Below are positions 50,664 to 64,000 of a DNA stretch of 64,000 bases, piece by piece. The position numbers and the translations under genes were made by a program. A model generated the notes under the pieces. It had not been told where the DNA came from. It was given only the letters and a program-made list of their open reading frames with translations, and did not search any database. Origin of the DNA: Takakia lepidozioides (Eukaryota > Plantae > Bryophyta); assembly GCA_030704615.1 (NCBI GenBank), contig CM060731.1, forward strand, positions 84,568,001 to 84,632,000, in the 5' to 3' direction. Every line of letters begins with the position of its first letter. Within the stretch, counting starts at the first letter, position 1.

Positions 50664-53336
50664 GTGATCAGAATGGTGAAGAGAGCTGCTCAGCCGTCAC
50701 TGCCGGGACCAGTCTCGATGATAGGAGAGTTGAGAATTTGTGACCTTCCTGTGATTCTGGGCGATCGGGAGCAGAAGGCCCTGTGGCGACAAGCAGGGAT
50801 GTTGGAGTTTTTGCTTTTGACTGCGAAGGGTTTGCCGAAAGCTTATATGGCCACAGTCATGCAATTCTACAATACTTATGATTCTAGCACAAAGGGTGGG
50901 ATAGTCAAATGGACTGAGATAGTGATTGATGCACGTACTGTTACAGCGTCTTGTTATTGCCCTCAGCGGAACATGAAGTCGATGGTTTTAAGGATGAGTC
51001 TTTTGTTCCTGAAAGCCATTTCAAGGAGAATGCTTTCAATCAGTGGGGGGGTTGGGCAATTGCCAAAGTAATCAGACCAGAGCTGATGGAATGGATGAAG
51101 TTCGTTGCAAGTCGATTGGCCCTTGAAAATGGTAGCTACTTACATAGCCCGTTCGCAATTGAACTCTGTAGTGGCGACATTTCTTGGGTTACAAATCAAC
51201 TGGGCGGAGTTTGTTTGCGGAAAGATTCATGAGGAGGTGGTGTCAAAGAGGAGAGGTGGGAAAACTGACCTTCTCTTCTATGCGACATATTTGTCCATGC
51301 TTTTGCAACACCGATTGAAGCTGGTACCCCCACCTGCTGATGAGGATGATACTTAGGTGATTGACAGACCGGAATCCAGTAAGGCAAGGGAGAAAGAAAC
51401 GGCAGCAGTTGATACCAGTAAAGCAATTGTTACAACCGGCAAGGATGTGGGAAGCCAAACTTCTTTTGTAGCGAGACTTCGCGATTTGGTTCTTGGACTT
51501 CAGGAAGTGGCAGCTGAAGCCATTGACAATGACGATGTACAAAAGGAATTGACTGAATTGAAAGTCACATACATTGCAACCCTATCGCGCAATCAACAAT
51601 TGGAACTTAGCTGGGAGGATGCCAAGATGAAGTTGGAGGCAGATGCAAAGGGTGTTCATAAATTGCAGGAGCAATGGAAGATGAAGGAAACCCAATACCA
51701 GAAGGCAGTCACCGATAAGGATCCAGTGATTACAATGCAGACAGAGCGATCAAAATTCAAAGAGAATCGTATTGCTGAGTTGGAAAGGCAACTGGCTGAG
51801 GTGGCTAAACATGTCACTGAATTGGAGAAACGTCCTGTGATAGCAGAGAATCCTGAAGCACGATATGTGGCATTGTAGGAAGAGTTCGATACCTATCGTA
51901 ATACGCAGACATCGGAGATGAATGTCATGGAAGAAACAATGAAGGCAGAGATGACGGAGTTGCAAAAATTTCGTGAACTCGGTGTCAAACCTACAGAGTT
52001 GGTTGGAGATCACATTTCAGATGTTTGTTATGCCCAGAGCCTCAGTCAATGATATCTGAACTTCTAAAAGTAGCTTTTAATGGAGCAGAGGAGCCCATTG
52101 ATTTGGAAGAAGAGTGGGCCCCTTTGTGCTCACTTCATATGGAGAATTTGGCAGTAGAGATGGTCATCAGAGGAGATTTGAAGGTGACCAGTCCAGACAA
52201 GTTTTTGCTTACAGTTGGAGACCCTGCCAGTCGATGTTTTCTATATTACAAGCAATTGGAGAATCGATTGGAAACCTTCCAAGGGTATCATCTCCGAGAT
52301 CGACGATGGAATTGTGAACCTGCTTGTGAGTTTCTTAGGCTCTACCCATGCCAGAAAAGAGAGGTTGTTCTCTGGTTACTTGGAGATGGTACAACAGCTT
52401 GTAGCACAGGTGCTCGATGAGGATCAGTTTGGACATATGCTGGAGAAGGGCCATCGGAGGTATCGGACATTGGAAGGTGAATGTCTGCATGGATCTGCAT
52501 ATGTTTTGACGCAAGCATCGATACGCCACAGGATATGGCAGTGGCTGAAGGCGCGATCATGGGAGGAAGTATTGACCGGGAATTGGTTAGCAATTTGACA
52601 ATCAATAGACCTACTGCCCTTGAAGTTTCTCAAGTGGGCCTTGCGATATTTGAGCGATGTCATTTCCCTGCAAACTGGGACTATGCAGATTTTGTTGGAA
52701 ATCCAGAGAAGGTTTATCGCACTTCGGAGGATCGAACGATACCGGACTGGGAAGTATTGTTGTGGATGGGAAAGGATTATTGCCACACAACCAAGGGGGA
52801 CTGGATTGCTAGGTTGGGAAATCGGCCAGCACCTATCAACATGCAATGGCCACGCAACATAATAGGGAGTTTTAGAGTATGTTGTTGTCCTCGTCGTGGT
52901 CAATGGGGTGAGAATGAACATCTGACGTCTTTGCCCTATAACTGGCCGGTAATTGGACAGGAGAGTTCAGTACTTATGAGTCCTGCCAGGTTGCTTACAA
53001 GTTTCTTTAGACGGTTCATAGAGCTCATAATGATCCTTTGTGCTTTATGGCTTTCGATTTTTTGTGGAGTCTTGGCGATGTGGTGTTACAAGTATCATCT
53101 GGTGGTGTCGCCAAATTAATGCACCACCAGCTAGGTCGATTCGGGTTTTTGAATTGATGTGTCTGACTGGGTTTCTTCAGGACACTCATCCCAACATTTA
53201 TAACGACTGGGGGTCTTCGCGCTATCACCCTTATGTTGCTTTCACCAATGGACAGAAGGAGGGGTTTGATCGAGGTGATCATCGCCGATCACAAGAGCCT
53301 GATATGAGGAATCCTTCTAAGAGGCCTAGAACTTAG
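50664..53336 (+). pseudogene. Degenerate long coiled-coil ORF, probably an extra ORF of an LTR retrotransposon
   Basis: Intronless chain of frameshifted ORFs with a heptad-rich middle, followed by LTR-like sequence. No diagnostic domain recognised. Confidence 0.4.
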
Positions 53337-54039
53337 CAATAGCGATAGTGTTTGCGGGGGAGAGCTCCTATTATGTCAGTAAACAGCTCAATTCCATCAG
53401 TGACGAAGGTCAACGAAGGTCAGCACGAACATTTGCCCCTGCCCCACGAACCTGCCCAAAAACTGCACCTTCGACTAACGAAGGTGACAACATTCGCTCA
53501 GCCATGGTGCTTCCGAAAATTATCATTTTTCCCAACTTCACCCCGAACCTTCGTCCATTGAAGGTGGAGGATGATATAGCAATGTTAAAATTATTTATAT
53601 TAAAATTAAAACAAAAACAAAAAAACCGATTTTTTTTATTTTTCCTAACTTCATCCCAATCATCTTCTTCATCCTCCACCTTTGGCCAACGAAGGTGTTC
53701 TCTGAGGCCATCTAGCCTACGACTGTTGTCCTTCAAGTCCACAACTCATACCCCGCCTTTGCCAGCCTTCTGTGATAATTAAAGGGTTTTGTATCTTACC
53801 TTGTTAGGTCTCAACGTTAGTTATCCGATGTTGACAAGCAATATAATGTTGTTCTCATTCATTTCCCATTGGAAAACGACTATCATTCAGTTTTGGATTT
53901 ACGGGCAGCCCGAAAAAAATAATTGGACAACCTTTTGCCACGCGGCCATTTTTCGTGTGTCCACGTCATACTGATGGCTGATGGCTGACAAACTAACAAT
54001 CCCCTTTGCGGGGGCGCTGCACAATTAGGAGTGTGGCTA

Positions 54040-54467
54040 TGTAGAATAATAGAAATTTTTGGTTAAGATTTAATTTTATGACTATTTAGTGCATTTCCTA
54101 CTCGATATACTCTGTGATACTATCAATATGGATTCGATATAGTAACATTGCTTGATATTTTATGACGATCGATAGTCTGACTTTAATCGATAATGAAGGA
54201 AATGGATGGATAACTATTTTGGATGGATAGAAGAGGTTGAGCAGTTATAAAAGTTGTTGGAACAACTCTGCTATTTATTCCGTTCATGAAAAGTAGATGG
54301 TGTCAGATGGGCCAGAGAGCCGTGACCAGAGTAGAGTGAGTAGGAGCTAGAAGATAGAGTTATTTTCAATGGTAGATTAGTACTGCGTTATTGCGATATA
54401 ATGTTGTGAATAAATAGAAGAGCTCAGCTCCAAAGCCTCTTCAGCTTAACCCTTTCTGAACTCACCA
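54040..54467 (+). repeat. Possible LTR
   Basis: TG start after a purine-rich stretch, TATAAAA near 54246, AATAAA near 54409, CA end. No partner copy in the window. Confidence 0.25.
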
Positions 54468-54977
54468 TATTTTTCTCTATCTTTTGATATGTACTTCGCT
54501 CTTGTTTCTGCTTCGTTTGCCCTTCACCTAATGTTCATCCTTTCTCTCTCCTTGTCGCCGCCTCTAATTAATACAGCCATCTCTAGCGACAGAGACGTTT
54601 CCCGCTCCAGCAAGCCACAGTTCTTTCCCTCGTTCTCAGTTTTCATAGTCGATGCTAGTGTCTCTGGTCTCTTTTGGCGTGCGTTCTTAGTTTTCATTTT
54701 CTTAGGTGTGTGGAGGATTTCCGTTCTCTCTAGTATACTGCATCAATGGCCCCAGGCAACAAGCCCCACTATAAGTCAGTAGCGGAATCGCGATTCCCAC
54801 CTTCTCAGTCCCACATGAGGAGAACCCAGCCTTCCTCAGGGACGGGGTTTTTCCTTGCACACCAGGCTTGTTCTAGAACCGGGCCCACCAATGGTCCTGA
54901 AAGATCCCCCCTCCCTCCCCTCTCTTTTAATCCTCTTTCACCCCCCCAGCCTCTCTTCAAAATGCCAAGGTTGAATC

Positions 54978-55915
54978 TTGCAGCACCCCCTCCCCCCCCC
55001 GTCAGTTCCGGATTGCGAAGAAGAAGAGCGCATCAATCAGGAAGACCTCGACAAGGACTACCCAATGATCAGCCTGGACATTCCACAGTTGCAGAAACGA
55101 GTTGCCGCAATGGAGGAGTTCAGCATTCTCATTCATTTCCCGGGTAAGAAGGTGGAGAGAGCGTTTGTTAGGGATTGGGCCATTCGGCATCTTGGGGGTC
55201 CAGGCGAGCTTAAACAAAGGTTTTGTCATGCTAAAGGTCGTGGCTTCTTCTCGATTCTCTTCGAGTCCCAGGATGCAGCTTCCCACGCTCTTGCATTTAA
55301 CCCCCACACTAGAAGTGACTGAGCAAGAAGGGAGGTTGTTCTTGTGGTACCATAACACACTTCAATGTTTTCCTTCTATTTTTCCAGCTCAGTTTTTGGT
55401 GAAGTATTGCCATAACAATTCTTTCTTCTTGTCAAGTGGAGGAGTTAAAGATTATGGCTGTTTTGTAGCTTGCTTCCTTTCCCACAATGGTTGTCCTACT
55501 CTCTTCTAGCTTCTAGATAAACTGCCTTAAGAGGACATCGACAACAAGTGGGCTATACTATAAGCCTGGTATTCCTCAACAGTTACTAACCTGTTGGTGC
55601 TAGTGATGGGACTTGGTGAAGTTCATGCTCTTACTTTTAGGCTTGTTAAGTTCTTCTACAAGTTTGTGGAAGAGACAACATGAAGACTAAGCCTTTGCCT
55701 TTTTGTTGTGTTTGCGAGGATCTTCCTTTGCTGGCTGCTCTTAAAGGTATTAGAGAGTGTAGTTGATCCCCCCAGACACCCCTCATCGGCTGATTATGGT
55801 GGTCTCCTACTTGGTAGATCTAGTGTTTGAAGAGAATGAACAAGAAAGATCTTCTTGATCTCTCTCCAGACCTGTATTTCTAATTTCAAATAACACATTC
55901 TACCTTCTTTCTTAA
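54978..55915 (+). mobile_element. Internally deleted plant L1-type LINE (ORF1 DUF4283-like fragment plus decayed 3' region)
   Basis: SILIHFPG...VRDW...KGRGFFSILFESQDAASHALAFNPH. Confidence 0.6.
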
Positions 55916-55986
55916 AACCTTAGTGAGGTGAGAAATGCCCACCCTCACACCCACTTTGGGATGGTAGGGAGCAGTGTTGGACTGTT

Positions 55987-56679
55987 TAGGGCCTGGCCGG
56001 GTATCAACTAGGGTATTAACCTGGATATTAAATAACTGACCCGGCTGGTATTGGCTGTTGTAATACTAGGGTTAATAACCGAACCGCTTGGTATTGGCAA
56101 TTCCAATACCTAGGTCAATACCCTACATAGGCTGATATTGACAAATGCGATACCTGTGCAATACCCGTATAATGGGCAAAAACAAGGACTATACACATGG
56201 TATAAATATAAAGTTGCGTGGGTGTACATGTCAGGTAGTGGCGATGTCCACTTGGCATGGACAACCTCAACAAATTGTGCTAATTTTAAAGAATTGGCCA
56301 AATGATGACGTGCGGATGGATTGCAAGGTGGTTGAGCAAGGGATCCAAGATTTCATTTTGTTGGAAGACAATATGATTGATGAATATGAGGAAAATCTGC
56401 AACATTATTATGTAATGCTGAATTTTACAGAATATTTAATTTTTGTGAAATCAAGTATGCTTCTAAATTAAAGGCATATTAATGATTTGGTGGTTATTTT
56501 AATTTTATCCGGGTTGATAACCGGCTGGTATTACGATTGAAATACCCCTCCTATTGATACCCGTCCGCAAATAAAAAATCATACTACTACTAAGAACCGG
56601 TGGATATTAAAATTAAGTAAATATTCCAATACTATGGAACCGGCTGGTAGTAAAAAAGTTAATACCCGCCCAGCAACTA
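55987..56679. mobile_element. Possible hAT-like MITE
   Basis: Imperfect TIR TAGGGCCTGGCCGGGTAT / (rc) TAGTTGCTGGGCGGGTAT; repeated CCGGCTGGTA and AATACC motifs. No TSD found. Confidence 0.35.
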
Positions 56680-58677
56680 CTCTCCTCTACAATGTGCTAA
56701 AAACGACAGCCATTACAGATCTGGTCTTCTATGGAATTGGTCTCCACATTGCTAGTTTTGGATTTTGTTGATAGAGCCTTTCAACAAGGCTGATGAAATC
56801 TTTTTCATGAATAGAAGCAATCCGATCTAGATTTTTTCTTTCCTAGTCTTGACATGACTAGCCCTATCTGTCTCGGCGGGCAGAAGCCTTATGTCCTGAA
56901 CATCTCATTTCCGTGGTAAACATAGGACTATGAAACTAAATATAAATTACTCTGCAACCGGGCTGTCAAGTTTGCATTTGGACAAATGCCTTTGTGACAC
57001 TTTAATGGTAGTTACGGAAAAATAAGTTTATACCACAACTCAGCTGAAGGGATAATCTAATTCCTCGTGGGTGCAAACCCCATAAAAGGCTCCAGGAGGG
57101 TTACTGTCCCGTGAGGTCTGTCTGGCAAGCCATTGTTCTCAAGGAACGGCAGGAGTGTACATTCTTTCTCTCTCTCTCTTTCTCTCAATGGCCACAAGGA
57201 AACAACGTCTTATGAGTACATTCTCTCTCTCTCTGTTATTCTCGTGAATTTTCTCTCTTTTTTCTCTCTTTCCAACCATCTCACTATATTCGGCAAAAAT
57301 TGTCATGCAATCAGAAAACAAACATCACAAAACATACTGGGCAAATAGAATTTTAGCCAAATGCAGCTCACAAACATGCACCAGATAGTTACTTGTGTGG
57401 GCCATTTCAACCAATTCACTGAGCCACGAGTGGTGATGATACTAGTCTCTCCAACTTAGACTAGTTTTTCTTTGTCTAAAAAGCAACAAATTACAATCAA
57501 TACAAAGGTAGCCACACATAATCAATCATCAACAGAGTATGGATGGGGATAGAGTAGAACAAGAAAGGTAACATTGTATTCACAAATCGTCACCCACCCT
57601 GGTTAACTTTCTGTGTCCTTGTAGGAGACCTGGAACTGCCTGCCAACCTACTCCCACGGTTCATGAAGTCTAGCAAAATCAAATGGTCTGTTGGGTTCCA
57701 TCAGAACCATATATTCCACACAAAATTACCCTAGAAACCCTCTTGCAATGTGCTTATAGGACTCATTTCCTTTTTGTGGCTTCCAATGCGAGAGCCACTG
57801 TATGTTCATGGTGTGACATTTTGATCATGTGGTACAGATAAACCTCTCCAGACTCCTTAGTGACAAGGAAAATGACGGAGTGGACAGCCAACATCTGAAA
57901 GTTTTGGCACACCCTCCAGAACGCCACCTGCTAATCAAATACAAAGATTGGTAATGCAATACATGATATCGATTCGATCTATCTAAAAATTGAATGTGAA
58001 AAATCGGTTTCTATAAAAACTCTCTATGATTTGTTCCCAAGGTTCCTCAAGGCTGTTATAATCACTTTGTCCAAACATCAAACACATTATAGTTCCGCTT
58101 ATATAGTAGGGAGGCAGGTCAAGTAGTTGGTTGACTTTATAAGCTTTCAGCAGATACACAAGCAAGAAGGCCTCCTACCTTGGCTGCTTCAAAATGACCG
58201 GTGAGTTCAAAATTTGCAACACAACCCCTATACGAACATTTGTTTATGTCTAATGTAGCTGAAGTCCAACTAAGAGCCTTCTGTAGGCAAACACCTTTAT
58301 ATCGGGTCTTAAATTTATATAACCGACAATACTTCACACAAGTGCCTGCCCAGTAGCACGGCAACCACCTGGCTTCGCCGGACATCAGGTGCAACATTTA
58401 GGAACAGCAGGCTATGCGCCATAATACCTTGTCCCAAGTAGCCATCCACTTCTCATCCTTCAACATCCTCCCTCAAGTCACCACATTGATTACTGCTGTG
58501 CTACTGTGCAAACTCCATGACAATCAGACTACCTTCACGTATTCATTGGGTGCTCAAAGGGGCTCCATAATCCTGCATGGGGCATGTAACATCTAACAGT
58601 CCTCTGCAAGTTCCCTTCAACCGTCATGTCAACATGTAGTGGAGGAAGTCTTCACCTGCTACACACCCATACGGTTG

Positions 58678-60984
58678 TCAGGGGTCCGAGGTTGTACGGC
58701 GGTTATTAGTGCTGCCAAAAGCCGCCAATAGCTTCAACAAGTCTGTAACTGAAAACTCAATGTGCTCTTCGGGCGATGTCCCTGAAGGCCTTGATTCCAT
58801 GACATTTCTTCGATTGTGTTGGTATTCATATGCTGCACTTTTGGAAGTTCGTGATAATTCCAGCACGCTCTCAAAATCAGACTGCCTCAGTGACCTAGGA
58901 GACTGCATGCAGACACACGTACACCAAAAAGTCACCATGCTCATGATGAGACACGCACTGGTAGGCCAAGGAAAATCAATGTAGATCTCTGTGTCATCAT
59001 TTCTAGTCTGGAGCTCATCAGAAAGAAAGGTGAGTTTCACAAGGAGTGTAAATTGTAAAGTCTTCATTTAGTGTGGGGTCTTTGGACCAACCCATTCTTT
59101 CATAAAAATACCTCTTTACATTTGATCTACTTTAGAAAGCCAAAAGCAAAGGACCTTAATTCAAGTGTAAAAAGCTTCTCCAGGTTGAGGAAACCGAATT
59201 TTGCAGGGAGTCTGGAGCATTTACTCCTTTCTATTCATACAGATGGGAAACACCAAGCAATTACTCACTACAGACCTGATGGGCAAGTTCATCATGAAGC
59301 CCAATCAGTATCCAGCACTCTACAAAACGGAAGAAGACAAGGGAATTACCTTTGCTGTGATGAAGCCCTCAGGCAATACCCTTTCTTCATCCAAAAGATC
59401 CCGTATGGGCAAATACGCTGCCTGCTTGCAAAGTTCAGTCAAATCAGAGCCACTGTAGCCCTCGCACAGGGCTGCAAGCTGGTCAATATTCACATTGTCT
59501 TCAACATCCTCATCCTTAAGAATCACACGCAAAATGCTAGCACGTTGCTTCCTGTCAGGCATGCCCACTTCAAAGGCCCGGGGCAGACGCCGCAGAATTG
59601 CTTCGTCAAGCTCCCATGGCCTGTTCGTTGCAGCCAACACCATCACCCTGGCATTCTCTGAATGCAACATAGTTACACCCACTAGGTTTAAATAAGATAT
59701 TTTCTGGGGCTTTCAGCACTGAACCCTTTGGGTCCAGGGTACTAACTAATCAATGTTGAATGAGAAGTGGTCATTCTTGCAGTCTTTCAGAATTTGACAG
59801 TAATCAATGCATGCACAGTCAAGGCTGAAACAATCATGGTGGAGCTCCATAGAGCTCCATACATTATAATACTGTAAGAATAGTACTCATTAACAATCTT
59901 CCTGCAAACACGGCTATGACATTCCCTTGAGGGCTCACTCCCAGTGGAATCGTGACCCTCCCGGAGCCAGTTGTGGGATTCATCAGGGTATGTTTGACAC
60001 TAAATCTGATTGCTCTCTCACGGCCAACACAATAAGGTCACACAGAACTGAAAATTCTTCTATGTATACTCTGGCTTGAAACAATATGAGAAAGTGGGAG
60101 TCCCATTCCTGTCCACTGCTATCGCCCTCTATCGGAAAGAGTTTCAGAAACTTGGCTGGGTGAGACGTTTGCCATTGCCCTGTGGCCATAGAACCTGCAC
60201 CCAGTTTGGGCGAAACAAGAAGGAACAGACACTACCTTTGTTAGGGGCTGGACTTACCTAAGCAATTAGTTCAGGCTTTCCAGATTCCCTCTAGAAAGCC
60301 CTTCACACAAGCTGCTGTGTGAGCTGCCCAGCACTTTGACCCCAACAGGGCCAGGACTTCAGGCTCAGCCTCGAGATTTTGAAAGTTGGTGAACAGAGGT
60401 GCAGGACTATGTTCTTGAGAGAATGTACTCATAAGACGTTTGCCATAGCCTTGCGGCTTTAGTCCCCGTGCCCAGTTTGGGTGGAACAAATCTCGAGAGA
60501 ATGTACTCTGCTGTTCCCTGCGAACATTGGCTTGTCATATCCTTACAGCCATTGACCCCGTGGGAAACTAAGCCTCCCGGAGCATTAATGCACTCACAGA
60601 GGCACTTGTCCGCATGCAAACTTATCAGCCCGGTTGCAGAGTTATTGATCTTAGTTTAATAGCCCTGCGTTTACCACAGAAATGACATGCTTGGGGATGT
60701 GCAGGGCACAGGAGGCTTCGGACAGTCACTCTGAGCTGCGCCCAGGGCACAAATCGAGGAGAAAATGTACTCATAAGACGTTGTCGACAAATCGAGGGAG
60801 AGGGAGAGAGAGAGAGAGCACTTACGGTCAGTGGTAAAACCATCCCAGAGAGCCATAAACTCTGTCTTCATGTTGGTTAAGGCCTCATGCTCCGTGACGC
60901 GGCGCTGCCCTAAAAAGCTGTCCACCTCATCAATAAATATGATAGCTGGTTGCAGCTTGTACGCCAAAGTAAATACAGCCGTGA
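58678..60984 (-). CDS. MSP1/ATAD1-like AAA+ ATPase, last three coding exons (60826-60984, 59350-59657, 58678-58902); 5' exons lie beyond the window
   Basis: Walker [48 protein letters not shown]. The GT-AG junctions join in frame with no stops. Confidence 0.92.
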
Positions 60985-61579
60985 CTGAAATCAGACACAA
61001 ACAACAAAACCACAAAATACATGTCACAATTTGCACAAAATGTTCATAACTCGTCATTCACTCCCCAAGGAATATGTGAAGGTATCAGAGGAGAGAAGAG
61101 CGAGGGGCCAGAGATATCTTAATCGACCATTCAATGTGGATGAAGGCTATGTAGAGGTTTAGTCTCCATAGGAGGTATAACCTTCAGAGAGCCAGGCAAG
61201 GACTTTTGAATACAAAACTCACCCTCAATTCACAAGAGGGCCTTGCCAGAGCCAACAACAATACAAGGGAGTGTTGGTTATTGTTAATGACATCATCAGA
61301 GAGATACTATTAAATGCAGCACTGCTTGGCAGAGACTATAACATGTGGCTGTGTGTATATATGGTGTGTGTGTGTGTGAGAGAGAGAGAGAGAATGTACT
61401 CATAAGATGTTTGCCCTAGCCTTGTGGCCATAGACCATGCACATGGTTAGGACAGAACAAAAAGAACCAGAAACTACCTTTGTAAGGGGTTCACTCCAGA
61501 AGTCAGAAGAGAATGTACTCATAAGACGTTTCCCATAGACCCTGTGCCCAGTTTGGGCGGAACGGTTGGAGAGAGAGAG

Positions 61580-64000
61580 AGAATGTACTCTTAAGACATG
61601 TTTGTCGTAGCCTTGTCGCCCTAGACCCTGCACCCAGTTTGGGTGGAACAAAAGGGAACAGGAACTACCTCTGTGAGGGGCTTACTCCCGTGACTTACCT
61701 TGATAGAGACAATTACTTCAGATATTCCAGATATCCTCTAGAAACCCTTCACACAGCATCAACTTGCTGTGTGTGAGCTGCCCAGCAATGAGACAGGCTT
61801 TAGGCTCAGCCTCAAGATTTTGGAAGTTGGTGAACAGAGGTGCAGGGACAATGTGCTTGATTGGTCACTCTCTGTTGAGAACATCCCAGACAATGTATCA
61901 CAAAATGGATATTGTCTTCAGGCTGCCCGCACATCAGGCAATTACAATCTCCTCTTCCTCTCTGCATCTGTTTATTGTTCAAAGGTAGGCTTCCCGCCCT
62001 GAGTTTAAATTTCAGTCTTGTGCCAAGGGTAGGTAGACCCTTGAGATCATCCTTAAGGTCCTCACCCATGTCACAGACTGGAAATGTTCAGGAAGTTTTA
62101 TGCCTAACCTCACTTTCATCAGACAGTCTTTGGGCATCAGACACGGCTTTGGACACAACCCCATCCAGGTCTGCTTCCTCCATAGGGTCAACTCTTCTGG
62201 ACTGATATTCAGATACTTGAAAATCTCTTCTACCATTTTCCGCCAAGACTTAGCCTGTTTAACAGGACGGTCTTGCTTCCAAGAAATAGCGTCGATTATC
62301 TCAGGTTATCCGGTATTGGGCATGCGATTCAATTGACCCCACCATCTGACCTTGAATTCATCATGTCCAGAGCTTAAGGGAGGTGTCACCCCAAACAGCC
62401 ACAGCAGCTGTTCTAGAACAAGCCGACATGCTTTTTTTGAGGACCGCGACTTGAATGGATCTGAGGGGGAGAGAGAGAGAGAGAGAAAGTCTCATTAGAC
62501 GTTGTTTGCCACCCTGTGCCCAGTTTGGGCAGAATATGAGGGAACAGAGACTACTCAATCCAGTAGTGGAACTTACCTTGGTATAAACAATCAGTTCGGG
62601 GATTTCCTCTAGAAATCCCGTCTCACAAGAATTAATGTGGTGTGTGTGAGCCCCCAGCAATTAGACCTCAACAGGGCCGGGGCTTCAGGCTCAACCTCAA
62701 GATTTTGAAAGATGGTGCACAGTGCAGGGACAGTGTGTTTGGGGGTCCTTAACAGGGTCACTTTCTGATGAGAAGACACCGGACATGGTATCAGAAAATG
62801 CATATTATCTTCAGGCCGCCCGCACAGTGGGCATTGACAATCTCCCTTTCCTCTCTGCATCTGTTTACTGTTCAGAGGTAGACTCCCCACCCCGAGTTTA
62901 CATTTCCATCTAGTGCCGAGGGTAGGTAGGCCCTTCAGATCATCCTTAAGGCCCTCACCCATGTCACAAACTGGAAAGAAGTTCAGGGAAGTTTTATGCC
63001 CAACTTCATTTTGTTCGGACATTCTTTGTGCTTCCGACATGGCCTTAGACACTTCAGCCTCCAAGTCAGCTTCATCTATTAGGGTCAGTTCTTCCAGCCT
63101 AATATTCAGGTACTTGAAAATCTCCTCTACCTTTTTCCGCCAGAACTTAGCCTGTTTAACAGGACGGTCTTCCTTCCGAGAAATAGAGTCGATCATAGGG
63201 TATCTGGTATTAGGCATGCGATTCAACTGACCCCACCATCTGACCGTGAATTCGTCACGTAAAGAGCTCAAGGGTGGTAGGCCAAGCTCGCCCCAAATAG
63301 CTACATTAGCTGTTCTAGAGCACGCTGACATGCTCTCAGCACCGAAAGCTGAATGGACTCTATAGTTTTAGCATGTTTGGAGTTGCCATCCCACACTGCA
63401 GATGCCTACTCCAAGGTAAGCCTAATAACGTTGCAAATCACAGTCCTTTTAACTTCAGTATTTATCCCTCTGCAGTGGAAAAATTGAGTGAGACCCAAAG
63501 CCGTTTAGCTGTTTGAACCACATTTTGTATATGTGCATCCCAGTTACAGCTGTAAGAAAACTCAGCACCAAGATATGTGTAGGAAGGGGGCAGGGACATC
63601 TTCCCTGCCCCATGTCCATTTGAGATCCCCTCCTCCCTCCCCACAATCATCGAAGGCCACCGCCACGCATTTACTAACATTGGCTTCTCCACAGGTCAAA
63701 GTACCTCTTCGCACAATCAATCAACTCCTGAAGATTGGATGGGTATCCCCTAGGCCCGCAAAGTCATCCGCAAACATACGAGCTGGTACGGTGGCATCAC
63801 CCACCTTTAACCCAAATCCCTTGCTTTCCACATCTTCAAGGAGCTGATTAATGAAAACATTGAAGAGCAGTGGGGATAGGGTACAACCTTGAGCTACACC
63901 TTGGTCAATGTCAAAGAAATTAGACTTCTGGCCATTGAGAAAAACAGAACTTTTGCTGTTCGCATACAGGTTGTGAACCATCCTCCACATCTTTCCCCTG
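61580..64000 (-). mobile_element. Two stacked LINE copies (about 61580-62460 and 62465->64000) in the AAA-gene intron
   Basis: RT GVAQGCTLSPLLFNVFI...MFADD; WGELGLPPL...RWWGQL; C-terminal CPLCGRPEDNMHFLIPC; 3' ends run into (TC)n. Confidence 0.9.

Overview
Repeat-rich land-plant genomic DNA (GT-AG introns; IQ67, B3, F-box and CACTA TnpD sequences); the species cannot be identified from the sequence. The left 29 kb is a three-level nest with readable junctions. An outer Mutator-like element (ends at 29016) contains a 26.4-kb CACTA (1802-28191, TSD TGC). That CACTA contains a complete 13.6-kb Mutator-like element of the same family as the outer one (2745-16335, 9-bp TSD). The inner element is the most interesting object. 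Opposite its GCM/WRKY-like-DDE-SWIM transposase it carries an intron-containing gene joining a ParB/Srx-like domain to a bacterial-type beta-class N4/N6 (amino) DNA methyltransferase fold, with an unusual DIPD motif where DPPY is expected. Its non-coding DNA holds four tandem arrays, each with a different unit but all built on one palindrome (GGAAATTCGGCGCCGAATTTCC). The outer relative has a compensatorily changed version of that palindrome. Both CACTA copies (the second, inverted, ends at 40736) carry a SET-domain gene. The rest is a decayed Ty3/gypsy pol, captured gene fragments, a non-autonomous MULE filled with a hairpin array, LINE debris with (TC)n tails, and the 3' exons of an apparently intact MSP1/ATAD1-like AAA ATPase gene. 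All domain calls are by-eye motif recognition; no searches were run.
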